DNA from: Patescibacteria group bacterium
GTDB lineage: Bacteria; Patescibacteriota; Patescibacteriia; UBA9570; JAHJKD01
DNA length: 64,000 nt
Assembly: GCA_043798935.1 (NCBI GenBank)
Contig: JAZDOC010000019.1
Span: 74,322-138,321 of the forward strand
Reading direction: 5' to 3'
Shown piece after piece: positions 1-9,373 of this stretch. The notes below the pieces were generated by a model that saw nothing but the letters and a program-made list of their open reading frames with translations, did no database searches and was not told the origin of the DNA. Positions within the stretch are counted from its first letter, which is position 1. Each line of letters begins with the position of its first letter. The translations under genes were made by a program, and so were the position numbers.

Positions 1-715
1 CGTGCTCAACATCAGTTGTTGATTCAATATTCTTAATACCAATATTAGAAATATTTATTTTTGAATGATCATTAAGCAATTCTTCTTGCGCTTTTTTAAT
101 TAATTCTAATTTAGCTGTTTCTTTGGCTGTTAAAATATCTTCCTCAGTTACTAATGATGAAGATGATGATCCGCCACTCATAGCAATATAGCTTTCAGCA
201 TAGATAAATTCTTTTTTAGTAGAGTTTAAAGCTACAATCTCGAAAATAGATGGTTCAATATCACCTTGTTTACCAACTTCATCAGCTTTTACATCTACTT
301 CAATACTACCACCCGACGGGACTACAACGTCTTCTTGAATGCGAAAGAGAATTTCATCATCAGATAATAGACGAGTTGTAGCTACGAGCGGTTGGTCGGA
401 TTCGTAATTATTATAAATCATTACTTTTCCGCGGGAATAATCATCAATTGAGTTACTATCGGCGCCAGGAATTTGATAAATATAATTATTATCGACTGAT
501 AATTCTTCAACATTACTACCTGTGGCTTCAGCAATTTCATCAAGCGACATGTTTATTTCTTTAGACATTTTTTCAATTTCGGGTGTAATTGTAATCACAG
601 TTTTGGCGAATGCAAAATAGCCCGTAAATAATATGATAATTAAAGAAATAAGAAAAAACACAATAACAATTTTATTGTATGAACTACCAACTTTTGAAGG
701 ATGCTCTGACGCCAT
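1..715 (-). CDS. hypothetical membrane-anchored protein (N-terminal 238 aa; C-terminus lies beyond the left window edge)
   Basis: Manual reverse-complement translation gives an ATG at 715-713 (MASEHPSKVGSSYNKIVIVFFLISLIIILFTGYFAFAKTV...). It has one N-terminal TM helix. The frame stays open to position 1. No competing ORF on any strand in 1-777. No recognisable family. Confidence 0.5.
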   Translation of the reverse strand, partial: MASEHPSKVGSSYNKIVIVFFLISLIIILFTGYFAFAKTVITITPEIEKMSKEINMSLDEIAEATGSNVEELSVDNNYIYQIPGADSNSIDDYSRGKVMIYNNYESDQPLVATTRLLSDDEILFRIQEDVVVPSGGSIEVDVKADEVGKQGDIEPSIFEIVALNSTKKEFIYAESYIAMSGGSSSSSLVTEEDILTAKETAKLELIKKAQEELLNDHSKINISNIGIKNIESTTDVEH

Positions 716-777
716 TATTATTTAAAAAAAACTACTGATTAAATTGAGATCATTATTTTCAGTAAATATGTTGCTTA

Positions 778-3700
778 TTATATCATAAAGATGGCATCTT
801 TGCCAAGTACTTTTCGAATTTCACTAATAAGGCCAAAACTGGATTTCATCTTCGTGTCAATTTCATGATTATCAGAAATTAAATAAACCGGCAAACTTCC
901 AGGATTATTACTAATAGTACTCTTTATTTCCTCCAAAATGCTTTTTTTTATTGTTGCCGGTAAGCGAATAATAATTTTTGAAGGTATTTTAATTTTATCG
1001 ATGTCAAAACTAGATAATTTTTCAGCAATAACCTTTAACTCATTATCTTTATTTGAAACTTTGCCGTCAATAACTATCAAGCTATCTTCAACTAATAGAT
1101 AATTATATTCTTGAAACACTTTGGGAAAAATTAAAGCTTCGACCCAATTTTTTGTGTCTTCAATTCGCGCAAAAACCATGGGCTCGCCTTTGCGAGTAAA
1201 TATTTTTTTAAAACTAGATAATACGCCAATAATCCGAACATTCTGATTGATGCATTTTTTTAATTGTGAAATTGGAATCGAAATTTGATCCAAATAATCC
1301 TGATAATCGGCCAGGGGATGGGAAGAAATATATAAACCCATAAGTTCTTTTTCCCACAGTAATTTTTGTTTATTACTAGCCGGCACACTTTCCATTAAAG
1401 ATAATTTAGGCGCGTTGTCAACCGGCATTTGGCCAAAAATATTAATTTGTCCACTATTTTTTTCTTGTTGCGTAAAATGAACAAAATTTAATAAATTCTC
1501 TATATTATTAAGCATCTGACCGCGCTCACCAAACAAATCTAGAGCGCCAGATTTAATTAAACTTTCTAATGATTTTTTATTTAAATCTTTGTCGTTAATT
1601 CGAGTTAAAAAATCTTCGAGATTAATGAATGGTCCACTATCATTTCTTTCATCAATAATGATATCAACAATATGATTACCGACATTCTTAATAGCGGTTA
1701 GCCCAAAACGAATACGCGGTTTGCTATTAAGCGAACTTTTTACCACTGTAAAGCGTGAATAGCTTTCATTTATATCCGGTGGTAAAACATCAATGTTCAT
1801 TTGGCTGGCTTCTTGGGCTTCAATGGCAATGCGATCCGAATCGCCATAATCACTAGTTAAAAGTGCAGCCATAAATTGTGCCGGCCAGTGTGTTTTTAAA
1901 TAGGCCGTTTGGTAGGCGATCATAGCGTAGCAAGCTGCGTGCGACCGATTAAAGCCATATCCGGCAAATGGTTCGATAAAATCAAAAACTTTTTCGGCAA
2001 TATTTTTAGAAACATTATTTTTAACACAACCCTCTATAAATTTGATTTTTTGTTCAGCTAACAACTGCGGTATTTTTTTGGCCACAGCTTTACGTAATAC
2101 ATCAGCTTCTCCGAGTGTAAAACCAGCTAAATCTCTGGCCGTTTGCATAATTTGCTCCTGATAAATAGCCACGCCATAAGTTTTATCTAACACATGCTTT
2201 AATTTGGGATGAATATATTGTGGCTGTTTTTTTCCGTGTTTACCGGCAATATAATCAGGAATCCACTCCATCGGGCCGGGTCGATACAAAGCGACCATAG
2301 CAATAATATCTTCAAATTCAGTGGGCTTCAATTCTTTAAGATAACGTTTCATGCCTGAACTTTCAAGTTGAAAAACGCCGGTGGTTTGCGCTTTTTGAAG
2401 AAGTTTAAATGTTTGTTTGTCATCAAGGGGAATGCTGTCCATTTTAATTTCTTCACCAATGGTTTTAGTAATAATATTAATTGTGTTTTCGATAATAGTT
2501 AAGTTTTTTAAACCTAAAAAATCCATTTTTAATAATCCTAAATCTTCGCAAGGATGAAGCGAGTATTGAGTAATTATTTCACGATCGTCTGAAGATGCGT
2601 ATTGAATGGGTGTATAATAATCTAATGGTTTATTGGTAATAATAACGCCACAAGCATGAGTACTAGAATGCCTAGCCACACCTTCCAATTTTTTTGCACT
2701 GTCCAATAAACGCGCAGCATCGGGATCACTAGTATAAACTTCTTTTAATTCTGGAACTTGTTTAGTGGCTTTTGTTAAATTAGTAAACATGGGAATCATT
2801 TTGGCAATTTTATCGCAATAACCGTAAGACAGTCCCATCACGCGTCCAACATCACGCACTGCCGCTCGCGCCGCCATGGTTCCAAACGTAATAATCTGTG
2901 ATACATGATCTTTACCATATTTATTTTCAACATAATTAATAACTTCATTGCGTCTGATATCAGCAAAATCAAGATCAATATCGGGCATGGATATTCTTTC
3001 CGGATTTAAAAATCGTTCAAATAACAAATCATATTTGATCGGATCGATGTCGGTAATTTGGGTAAGGTAGGCTACAATGCTTCCGGCTGCCGAACCACGA
3101 CCCGGACCAACCACAATTTTATTTTTTTTTGCCCAAGTAACAAAATCTTGCACAATTAAAAAGTAAGAAGCAAAACCGGTTTTATTAATTACCCCTAGTT
3201 CATAGTCTAAGCGGGCTAATATTTCCGAACTGATTTTATCGCCATAGCGAACACTTAATCCTTCATTACAAAGGCGTTTTAATTCGTGGTCAGCTGTGAT
3301 ACCACTAGGCAATTGATAATGTGGTAAATGAATTTTTCCTAATTCCAATTTCACATCACAACGACTGGCTAATTCAATAGTATTTTCAATTACTTCTGGA
3401 TGCTCTTTGAACGCAGTTTTCATTTCGCTAACAGATTTAAATGAATAATCTTCACCGCGCATCGACATTCGATTCGTATCGGTAAGTTGTTTTTTGGTTT
3501 GGATACAAACTAAAATATCCTGCTCTTCATCATCCGAAGAATTGATGTAATGAACATCGTTTGTAGCCACAACTTTCAATTGCAATTTTTTTGCCAATTT
3601 AAAAATAACATCATTAGCTACTTGTTGCTTGGATAAATTAGGATGATGTTGAACTTCTAAATAAAAATTTTCAATTCCAAAAACATTAATATATTGCTTG

Positions 3701-4179
3701 GTAATTTCTTCGGCTTTACTCAAACCAAAATTCACGGCCGCTTTGGAAATCTCGCCTTGTAAACAAGCACTGGTGGCAATAATACCTTGTTTGTATTTAT
3801 TAATGGTTTCTAAATCTAAACGCGGTTTATAATAAAATCCTTCTAAATGGGCAATGCTGGTTAATTTTAACAAATTCTGATAGCCAACATTATTTTCAGC
3901 TAATAATATTAAATGATAAGGTTTTTCATCTACTCGAGGACGTTTATTATGCAAACCATTCGGAGCAATATAACACTCGACTCCCAAAATAGGCTTAATA
4001 TCATTAGCCACACATTCCTGATAAAATTCAACTATACCATACATTACTCCATGGTCAGTTAATGCCAGGCTAGTCATTTTGTTCTTTTTCGCCGCTTTAA
4101 CAAGCTCGGGAATTTTAGGTAATCCGTCGAGCAAACTATAATGGCTGTGAACATGTAGATGAGTGAAATTTTGGCTCAT
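778..4179 (-). CDS. dnaE: DNA polymerase III alpha subunit (PHP domain plus polymerase core)
   Basis: 1142-aa ORF. PHP motif HLHVHSHYSLLDG at the N-terminus and typical DnaE core blocks. Likely start is MSQNFTHLHVHS (Met 10 of the track ORF), hence 4179 rather than 4206. Confidence 0.93.
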   Translation of the reverse strand: MSQNFTHLHVHSHYSLLDGLPKIPELVKAAKKNKMTSLALTDHGVMYGIVEFYQECVANDIKPILGVECYIAPNGLHNKRPRVDEKPYHLILLAENNVGYQNLLKLTSIAHLEGFYYKPRLDLETINKYKQGIIATSACLQGEISKAAVNFGLSKAEEITKQYINVFGIENFYLEVQHHPNLSKQQVANDVIFKLAKKLQLKVVATNDVHYINSSDDEEQDILVCIQTKKQLTDTNRMSMRGEDYSFKSVSEMKTAFKEHPEVIENTIELASRCDVKLELGKIHLPHYQLPSGITADHELKRLCNEGLSVRYGDKISSEILARLDYELGVINKTGFASYFLIVQDFVTWAKKNKIVVGPGRGSAAGSIVAYLTQITDIDPIKYDLLFERFLNPERISMPDIDLDFADIRRNEVINYVENKYGKDHVSQIITFGTMAARAAVRDVGRVMGLSYGYCDKIAKMIPMFTNLTKATKQVPELKEVYTSDPDAARLLDSAKKLEGVARHSSTHACGVIITNKPLDYYTPIQYASSDDREIITQYSLHPCEDLGLLKMDFLGLKNLTIIENTINIITKTIGEEIKMDSIPLDDKQTFKLLQKAQTTGVFQLESSGMKRYLKELKPTEFEDIIAMVALYRPGPMEWIPDYIAGKHGKKQPQYIHPKLKHVLDKTYGVAIYQEQIMQTARDLAGFTLGEADVLRKAVAKKIPQLLAEQKIKFIEGCVKNNVSKNIAEKVFDFIEPFAGYGFNRSHAACYAMIAYQTAYLKTHWPAQFMAALLTSDYGDSDRIAIEAQEASQMNIDVLPPDINESYSRFTVVKSSLNSKPRIRFGLTAIKNVGNHIVDIIIDERNDSGPFINLEDFLTRINDKDLNKKSLESLIKSGALDLFGERGQMLNNIENLLNFVHFTQQEKNSGQINIFGQMPVDNAPKLSLMESVPASNKQKLLWEKELMGLYISSHPLADYQDYLDQISIPISQLKKCINQNVRIIGVLSSFKKIFTRKGEPMVFARIEDTKNWVEALIFPKVFQEYNYLLVEDSLIVIDGKVSNKDNELKVIAEKLSSFDIDKIKIPSKIIIRLPATIKKSILEEIKSTISNNPGSLPVYLISDNHEIDTKMKSSFGLISEIRKVLGKDAIFMI

Positions 4180-4211
4180 ATTTTTTATATATAGCAACAT
4201 TAACATAAATT

Positions 4212-4220
4212 TGCTATAAT
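4212..4220 (+). promoter_or_regulatory. extended -10 promoter element TG-c-TATAAT upstream of the 4249 gene
   Basis: tttgcTATAAT at 4210-4220 with TG at 4212-4213. It lies 28 nt upstream of the ATG at 4249, in the divergent dnaE/4249 intergenic region. Confidence 0.35.
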
Positions 4221-4248
4221 TTCCATATTAATAATAATTAAATTATTT

Positions 4249-4719
4249 ATGGCAGTATTAAAGAAAAAAAACCCTGAAATAAATCAGGTTAAAACAACAA
4301 AAAAAACTAGCAAATCCAACGTTTTATTCATGATCATGTACTTAGTTATTGTATTAATAATCATTTTATCAGGTCTAAAAATATTCATTCTACATAAACA
4401 ATTTGCAAATATAATAAATAAAAATACTTATCAAATAGTAACCCTGGAAAATGGCGAGAGTTATTTTGGAAAATTACAAAACTTGGGTTATAAATATTAT
4501 GAATTGTCAGATGTTTATTATGTTAAATACAACGCTAAAACCGATTCCACCGATAATACAAATACCACAGCCGAAAATTATGAACTTCAACTTATTTCAC
4601 TCGGGCAACAAGAATTTTATAAACCGCAAAATGTCATGATTATTAATCGCGATAAAATATTGCATTTTGAAAATTTACAATCTGATTCGGAAGTGATTAA
4701 ATATATTAATCAACAATAA
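4249..4719 (+). CDS. hypothetical membrane-anchored protein
   Basis: 156-aa ORF. N-terminal basic stretch then one TM (LFMIMYLVIVLIIILSGLKIFIL). Followed by a strong terminator. Confidence 0.6.
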   Translation: MAVLKKKNPEINQVKTTKKTSKSNVLFMIMYLVIVLIIILSGLKIFILHKQFANIINKNTYQIVTLENGESYFGKLQNLGYKYYELSDVYYVKYNAKTDSTDNTNTTAENYELQLISLGQQEFYKPQNVMIINRDKILHFENLQSDSEVIKYINQQ

Positions 4720-4724
4720 TTAAA

Positions 4725-4754
4725 AAGAGGGGATTCAAACCCCTCTTTTTTTAT
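4725..4754. terminator. bidirectional rho-independent terminator between convergent genes
   Basis: aagagggg-attcaaa-cccctctt hairpin (8-bp GC-rich stem, 7-nt loop). It is flanked by A5 upstream and T7 downstream, so it works on both strands. Confidence 0.7.
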
Positions 4755-4770
4755 TCTAAAAACAATTATA

Positions 4771-5076
4771 TTATTTTTTCTTTTTTTTCGAAACTTTTTC
4801 TTCTCTGGCGTCTTTTCGTTCTTTAACAAAGGAAATAATATCACGCAGTTGTGAAGCAATAAATGTAATAGAAGTTGCGGAAGAGGTAATTTTTTCCTTC
4901 ATGCCTTCAATAGCTTCGCTAAGCTCATCTAATTTTTGTCTGACATCAGCAATTACTTCATTACTCTGACGCATAATTTGAGCTAAATAATACATTATCC
5001 ATACTAAAAAACCTGTAAACACCAATGTGCAAATTGCCACTACTAAATATAGTAAGTCTTGGGTTGTTTGTAACAT
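4771..5076 (-). CDS. small membrane protein with coiled-coil, DUF948-like (tentative)
   Basis: 101-aa ORF. N-terminal TM (LLYLVVAICTLVFTGFLVWIMYY) followed by a coiled-coil and a K-rich tail. Confidence 0.5.
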   Translation of the reverse strand: MLQTTQDLLYLVVAICTLVFTGFLVWIMYYLAQIMRQSNEVIADVRQKLDELSEAIEGMKEKITSSATSITFIASQLRDIISFVKERKDAREEKVSKKKKK

Positions 5077-5118
5077 TTTGTTTTGTTTTTAATAATAATA
5101 AATAAATTATAACATTAT

Positions 5119-5146
5119 TTGCTATTTTTAACAATTTTGCTAAAAT
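5119..5146 (+). promoter_or_regulatory. sigma70-like promoter (TTGCTA-N16-TG-c-TAAAAT) ending 6 nt before the ATG; possible leaderless transcript
   Basis: -35 TTGCTA at 5119-5124 and extended -10 tttgcTAAAAT at 5136-5146. The ATG of the downstream gene is at 5153. Confidence 0.35.
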
Positions 5147-5152
5147 ACACAT

Positions 5153-5989
5153 ATGAATAAAACAATAAAAAAAAGTTATAAACTAGGTTTTATATATTTA
5201 GAATCAAAACCATTACTTAAAAAAATTGGTATTATTATTCTATATGCTCTAGCTATTTCAGCCTGGCTGTATTTTTTTATTCAGCTTGGTACATATATCA
5301 TCAATTATAAATCTACCAAAGCAGCTTTAGCCGATATCATGATTGATTATGTCAATTACGATATAATTCCCGCTCCGATTAATTTAAAAATATCCGAAGC
5401 CTATTTATTATCCCGTAATGATGGCAAATACGATTTAATCGCCCAAATTGAAAACCCCAATACTCATTGGATAGCCAATAATTTTGAATATCAATTCAAT
5501 ATAAATGGCTTTACTACCACTACCCAAACTTCTTACTTATTACCTCAAGAAAAAAAGAATTTAACTTTTTTAAATTTAGCCCTAAATAATATTAATACTT
5601 TTGGCCAAAATGAAGCAAGTTTACAAGTAATCTCCGAACCGACTTGGAAAGGTAAAAAACAAGTATATCCGGAATTAATTATCGACTTCACAGATTCATC
5701 ACTTACTAATATCGATCTTGAAGAAAAAACTTATGCACGAGTTACAACCACAGCACAAAATAATAGTCTATATGGTTTTAAAAATATTCAAATATTAGCA
5801 GTTGTAAAAAGCCAAGGCGCACCAGTCGGAATCGCAGTTTCTAACATTACAAATTTTTTATCTAGCGATACTAAGCAATTAGAATTTTCCTGGCCGCGAA
5901 AATTTCCGTTTGATGCCGACTTGAAATTTTTCGCCACCACCGATATACGCAGTGAAAATAATTTAATTGTCAAAAACATTTCCAATTAA
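5153..5989 (+). CDS. hypothetical membrane-anchored extracytoplasmic protein
   Basis: 278-aa ORF. Single N-terminal TM (IGIIILYALAISAWLYFFIQLGTYII). Stop is 3 nt before the SEDS gene. Confidence 0.6.
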   Translation: MNKTIKKSYKLGFIYLESKPLLKKIGIIILYALAISAWLYFFIQLGTYIINYKSTKAALADIMIDYVNYDIIPAPINLKISEAYLLSRNDGKYDLIAQIENPNTHWIANNFEYQFNINGFTTTTQTSYLLPQEKKNLTFLNLALNNINTFGQNEASLQVISEPTWKGKKQVYPELIIDFTDSSLTNIDLEEKTYARVTTTAQNNSLYGFKNIQILAVVKSQGAPVGIAVSNITNFLSSDTKQLEFSWPRKFPFDADLKFFATTDIRSENNLIVKNISN

Positions 5990-5991
5990 AC

Positions 5992-7095
5992 ATGTTAAAA
6001 AAAATATCCTTTTCATTAAGAAATTATGATTGGTGGCTGTTTGCATCGGTAATAATTTTAATTACTATCGGAATACTCATCATTTATTCCGTGGGCATGA
6101 ATTCAGACACATCTGATTTAACTCGCTTTTATAAACAAGTAATCTTCGCCCTAATCGGCCTAATAGCGTTATTTACTGTTAGTTTTATTGATTATCGAAT
6201 ATTTAATAACTATGCTTACTTATTATATATTTTCGGAATTTTATTGCTAATTAGTGTTTTAATATTTGGTACGACTATTCGCGGCACAACTGGATGGTTT
6301 TCGTTTGGATTTATAAGTTTTCAGCCAGTCGAACTGGGAAAAATAATTTTAGTTATAATGCTAGCTAGATTTTTTAGTATCAAGGGTTATGAGATGGATA
6401 AAATCGTCAATATTATTTTCAGCGCATTAATCAGTGGCTCTTATGTTCTATTAGTAATGCGTCAGCCAGATTTAGGTTCTGCGCTAATTTTCATGGCTTT
6501 ATGGGTAGGTTTTTTATTTTTAAGCAACATAAAAAAATCACAATTTCTTATTTTACTTTTAATTTTAGCAGTTCTTGCAACTTGCAGCTGGTTTTTAATT
6601 CTTAAAGATTATCAAAAAGAGCGAATACTAACATTTATTAATCCCAGTCGCGATCCATTGGTGACAGGCTATAATGTTATTCAATCTGTTACAGCGGTTG
6701 GGTCGGGTGGTTTAATTGGACGAGGTTTGGGGCTGGGTCCACAAAGCCAGCTAAACTTTTTACCCGAACAGGAAAATGATTTTATTTTTGCCGTAATTGC
6801 TGAAGAACTCGGCTTTATCGGTAGTGGTTTTGTTATTATTCTATTCTTTTCCATTTTCTATAGAATATGGAAATTATCTAAAATAATCAAAAATGATTTT
6901 ACAGTTTATCTCCTATACGGAATTTTAATTATCTTATGTGTACAAACTACTATCAACATAGGCATGAATATTGGTATTATGCCAGTCACTGGATTGCCTT
7001 TGCCCTTTATTTCATCAGGAGGCAGCTCTCTTGTAGTTAACCTAATTTTAGTAGGTATTATTGAAAATGTTTATCAAAAAAATCACTTGACATAA
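5992..7095 (+). CDS. SEDS-family peptidoglycan glycosyltransferase (FtsW/RodA)
   Basis: 367 aa with about 10 TM helices. SEDS blocks present: GRGLGLGPQSQLNFLPEQENDFIFAVIAEELGFIGS and a C-terminal GMPxTGLPLPFIS. Confidence 0.85.
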   Translation: MLKKISFSLRNYDWWLFASVIILITIGILIIYSVGMNSDTSDLTRFYKQVIFALIGLIALFTVSFIDYRIFNNYAYLLYIFGILLLISVLIFGTTIRGTTGWFSFGFISFQPVELGKIILVIMLARFFSIKGYEMDKIVNIIFSALISGSYVLLVMRQPDLGSALIFMALWVGFLFLSNIKKSQFLILLLILAVLATCSWFLILKDYQKERILTFINPSRDPLVTGYNVIQSVTAVGSGGLIGRGLGLGPQSQLNFLPEQENDFIFAVIAEELGFIGSGFVIILFFSIFYRIWKLSKIIKNDFTVYLLYGILIILCVQTTINIGMNIGIMPVTGLPLPFISSGGSSLVVNLILVGIIENVYQKNHLT

Positions 7096-7146
7096 TCACC
7101 TAAAATAATTTATAATCTACTAAGTTCAATAGTAATCGATTTTTTT

Positions 7147-7521
7147 ATGTCTATACCAAAAAATTTCTCTAAATTAAGCCCTTTTTTACAACAAGAAAGT
7201 TTGCAAAAACTAATCGGTAAATGCCCATTATGTGGTTTCCAATATAAAACAATCAGAGCTAAAGTGATTGAAGAGAATGAAGATGCCCAATTAATATACA
7301 TTAAATGCCAAAAATGCAATGGTTCGATTATCATTTTTGTGGTTAGCAGTGGACCGCTTATAAGTTCGGTTGGATTAATCACAGATTTAAATGAATTCGA
7401 CATTGTATCTTTTAAAAACAAACGCGTCTTAAAAGAAGAAGATATATTAAAACTTCACCAAAATTTACAAACCGGTGAATTTATCAATAGTATTAAAAAT
7501 TATAATATTAACAATAATTAA
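7147..7521 (+). CDS. small zinc-ribbon protein (hypothetical)
   Basis: 124 aa with CPLCG...CQKCNG (CxxC-N29-CxxC). Co-directional with flanking genes. An antisense 103-aa ORF (7110..7421) was rejected. Confidence 0.4.
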   Translation: MSIPKNFSKLSPFLQQESLQKLIGKCPLCGFQYKTIRAKVIEENEDAQLIYIKCQKCNGSIIIFVVSSGPLISSVGLITDLNEFDIVSFKNKRVLKEEDILKLHQNLQTGEFINSIKNYNINNN

Positions 7522-7533
7522 CGAAAATTATTT

Positions 7534-8217
7534 ATGGAAGAAAATCTGCAATTAAAGGCTATTAGTAGGGAGGAAAAGGCCAAACAAAATAAATATGTCC
7601 GTAGCAAAGGTATGGTTCCGTCTCAAGTTTATGGTAAAAATTCTCCTAATGTCATGATTAAAATTGATGCAGTGGCATTTGAAAAAATCTACGCTCAAGC
7701 CAAAGAAAGCACATTAGTTGATTTAATCATCGACGACCAAACACCGATTAAAGTATTAATTCACGATATTTCTCGCGATAGAATATCTGATCATGTTCTT
7801 CATGTTGATTTTTATAAAGTTAACATGACTGAAAAAATAGATGCTGAAATTGATTTAAATTTTCTTGGCATCGCACCAGCCGTTAAAGAACTTGGCGGTA
7901 TTCTTACAAAGCAAATGGATAAAATCGAAATTCGATGCTTTCCAAACGAATTAATCAAAGAAATTGATGTTGATGTAACAACATTAAAAACATTTACTGA
8001 CGTCATTCGAGTAAAAGACATTAAACTTCCTTCAAATATGGAATTAATCAGTGATCCTGAACAAATTGCCATTAATGTGGCTGAACCCAGAAGCGAAGAA
8101 GAATTAAGTGATTTGAACCAAAAAGTTGAAGAAAATGTTTCTAAGGTAGAATCAACGGTTGAAAAGAAAAAGGATGTTGAAGCCGATACCGATACAACAA
8201 AAGACGCTAAAAAATAA
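7534..8217 (+). CDS. rplY: 50S ribosomal protein L25 (Ctc-type, with C-terminal extension)
   Basis: 227 aa. N-terminal L25 fold blocks (LKAISREEKAKQNKYVRSKGMVPSQVYGK ... HDISRDRISDHVLHVDFYKV) and an acidic C-terminal tail. Confidence 0.8.
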   Translation: MEENLQLKAISREEKAKQNKYVRSKGMVPSQVYGKNSPNVMIKIDAVAFEKIYAQAKESTLVDLIIDDQTPIKVLIHDISRDRISDHVLHVDFYKVNMTEKIDAEIDLNFLGIAPAVKELGGILTKQMDKIEIRCFPNELIKEIDVDVTTLKTFTDVIRVKDIKLPSNMELISDPEQIAINVAEPRSEEELSDLNQKVEENVSKVESTVEKKKDVEADTDTTKDAKK

Positions 8218-8233
8218 TTGATTTTAAATTATC

Positions 8234-9349
8234 ATGGAAAAATTAAACGAATTGTTTGTAAAATTTAAAGAAAGCCGCAAAACTCAAATTATTACTGTCG
8301 TGGTTCTATTAATCGTACTGGGTATAGTTGGAATGGTTATTTTTTCTGATGATACCCAAAATTCAAACGATAATAATAATTCAACATCGCAAAAAACAGC
8401 TAATCAATTAGACACTAGCGAAGCATATCGATTAATCGATGGTATTAAAATCACAAAAAATCGCGCAAATTTCTTACCGGTAGCAATTGTAGTTGAAAAT
8501 TATGCCGGCATCCGACCACAGAGCGGTTTAGCTGATGCTAATATTGTTTATGAGGCATTAGCCGAGGGCGGAATCACTAGATTTTTAGCTATTTATGCCA
8601 GCGGTACTGACGTGAAAACAATTGGGCCAGTACGCAGTGCACGTCATTATTTTGTTGATGTTGCCGAAGAATATGGAGGTATTTTTGCTCATATTGGCGG
8701 CAGTCCACAAGCCCTAGGAATATTGTCTTTTGAAGAATATATTACTGATTTAAACCAATTTACTTATTCTCAATATTATTGGCGTGATGATAATATTGCT
8801 GCACCTCATAATTTATTTACTTCTTCAGAATTAATGTCTTATGCAATTAGAGACTTATTATCTGAAAATCCTGAAGGCAATTATACTGCTTGGAAATTTA
8901 AAGATGAAAACGCATCAAGCGTCTCTATTGATAAATACATCAAAATTGATTACAGTCTAGATCAATACGCTGTCGAATGGAAATACAATACCGCTGATAA
9001 TATTTATATGCGTTTTAATGGTGACAAAGAGCATAAAGATGCTTTAACCGATAAACAACTTACCGCAAAAAATATTATTGTTCAATTTGCAGATACCAGC
9101 CTTTTGGAAGGTGAAGCTGAACGCTTAGATATTAAAACAATCGGTGAAGGTGAAGCTTTAATATTTTTGGACGGTGAGGTTATTTCTGGAACTTGGAAAA
9201 AATCCCAACGTGGCGACAGAACTCTTTATTATGATAAAAACAATCAAGAAATTGAATTTAATCGTGGCAACACTTGGGTAGAAATGGTAAAATTAGAAAC
9301 GTCAGTTCAATGGACAGATAATAGTGGAAGCGAACAATCAAAAAATTAA
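8234..9349 (+). CDS. DUF3048-like (YerB family) membrane-anchored protein, tandem paralog 1
   Basis: 371 aa with an N-terminal TM. Conserved core (RANFLPVAIVVENYAGIRPQSGLADANIVYEALAEGGITRFLAIY ... APHNLFTSSELM) is shared with the next gene. Confidence 0.55.
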   Translation: MEKLNELFVKFKESRKTQIITVVVLLIVLGIVGMVIFSDDTQNSNDNNNSTSQKTANQLDTSEAYRLIDGIKITKNRANFLPVAIVVENYAGIRPQSGLADANIVYEALAEGGITRFLAIYASGTDVKTIGPVRSARHYFVDVAEEYGGIFAHIGGSPQALGILSFEEYITDLNQFTYSQYYWRDDNIAAPHNLFTSSELMSYAIRDLLSENPEGNYTAWKFKDENASSVSIDKYIKIDYSLDQYAVEWKYNTADNIYMRFNGDKEHKDALTDKQLTAKNIIVQFADTSLLEGEAERLDIKTIGEGEALIFLDGEVISGTWKKSQRGDRTLYYDKNNQEIEFNRGNTWVEMVKLETSVQWTDNSGSEQSKN

Positions 9350-9373
9350 TGTTTTAATGGGGAGGAATTATTA

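Noticed and set aside
4451-4639. 62-aa ORF nested in another frame inside the 4249..4719 gene
   Set aside because: It lies fully inside a longer co-directional ORF with a plausible TM and terminator, and it has low-complexity composition. A typical AT-rich spurious frame.
4961-5152. 63-aa - strand ORF overlapping the start of 4771..5076 and the 5153 promoter region
   Set aside because: It overlaps the better-supported 101-aa gene and the intergenic promoter signals. No features.
7110-7421. 103-aa - strand ORF antisense to the zinc-ribbon ORF
   Set aside because: The opposite-strand 124-aa ORF has a CxxC...CxxC motif and fits the local + strand operon. This one was retained only as an alternative in the findings.
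7812-8072. 86-aa antisense ORF inside rplY
   Set aside because: Antisense to a confidently identified ribosomal protein gene.
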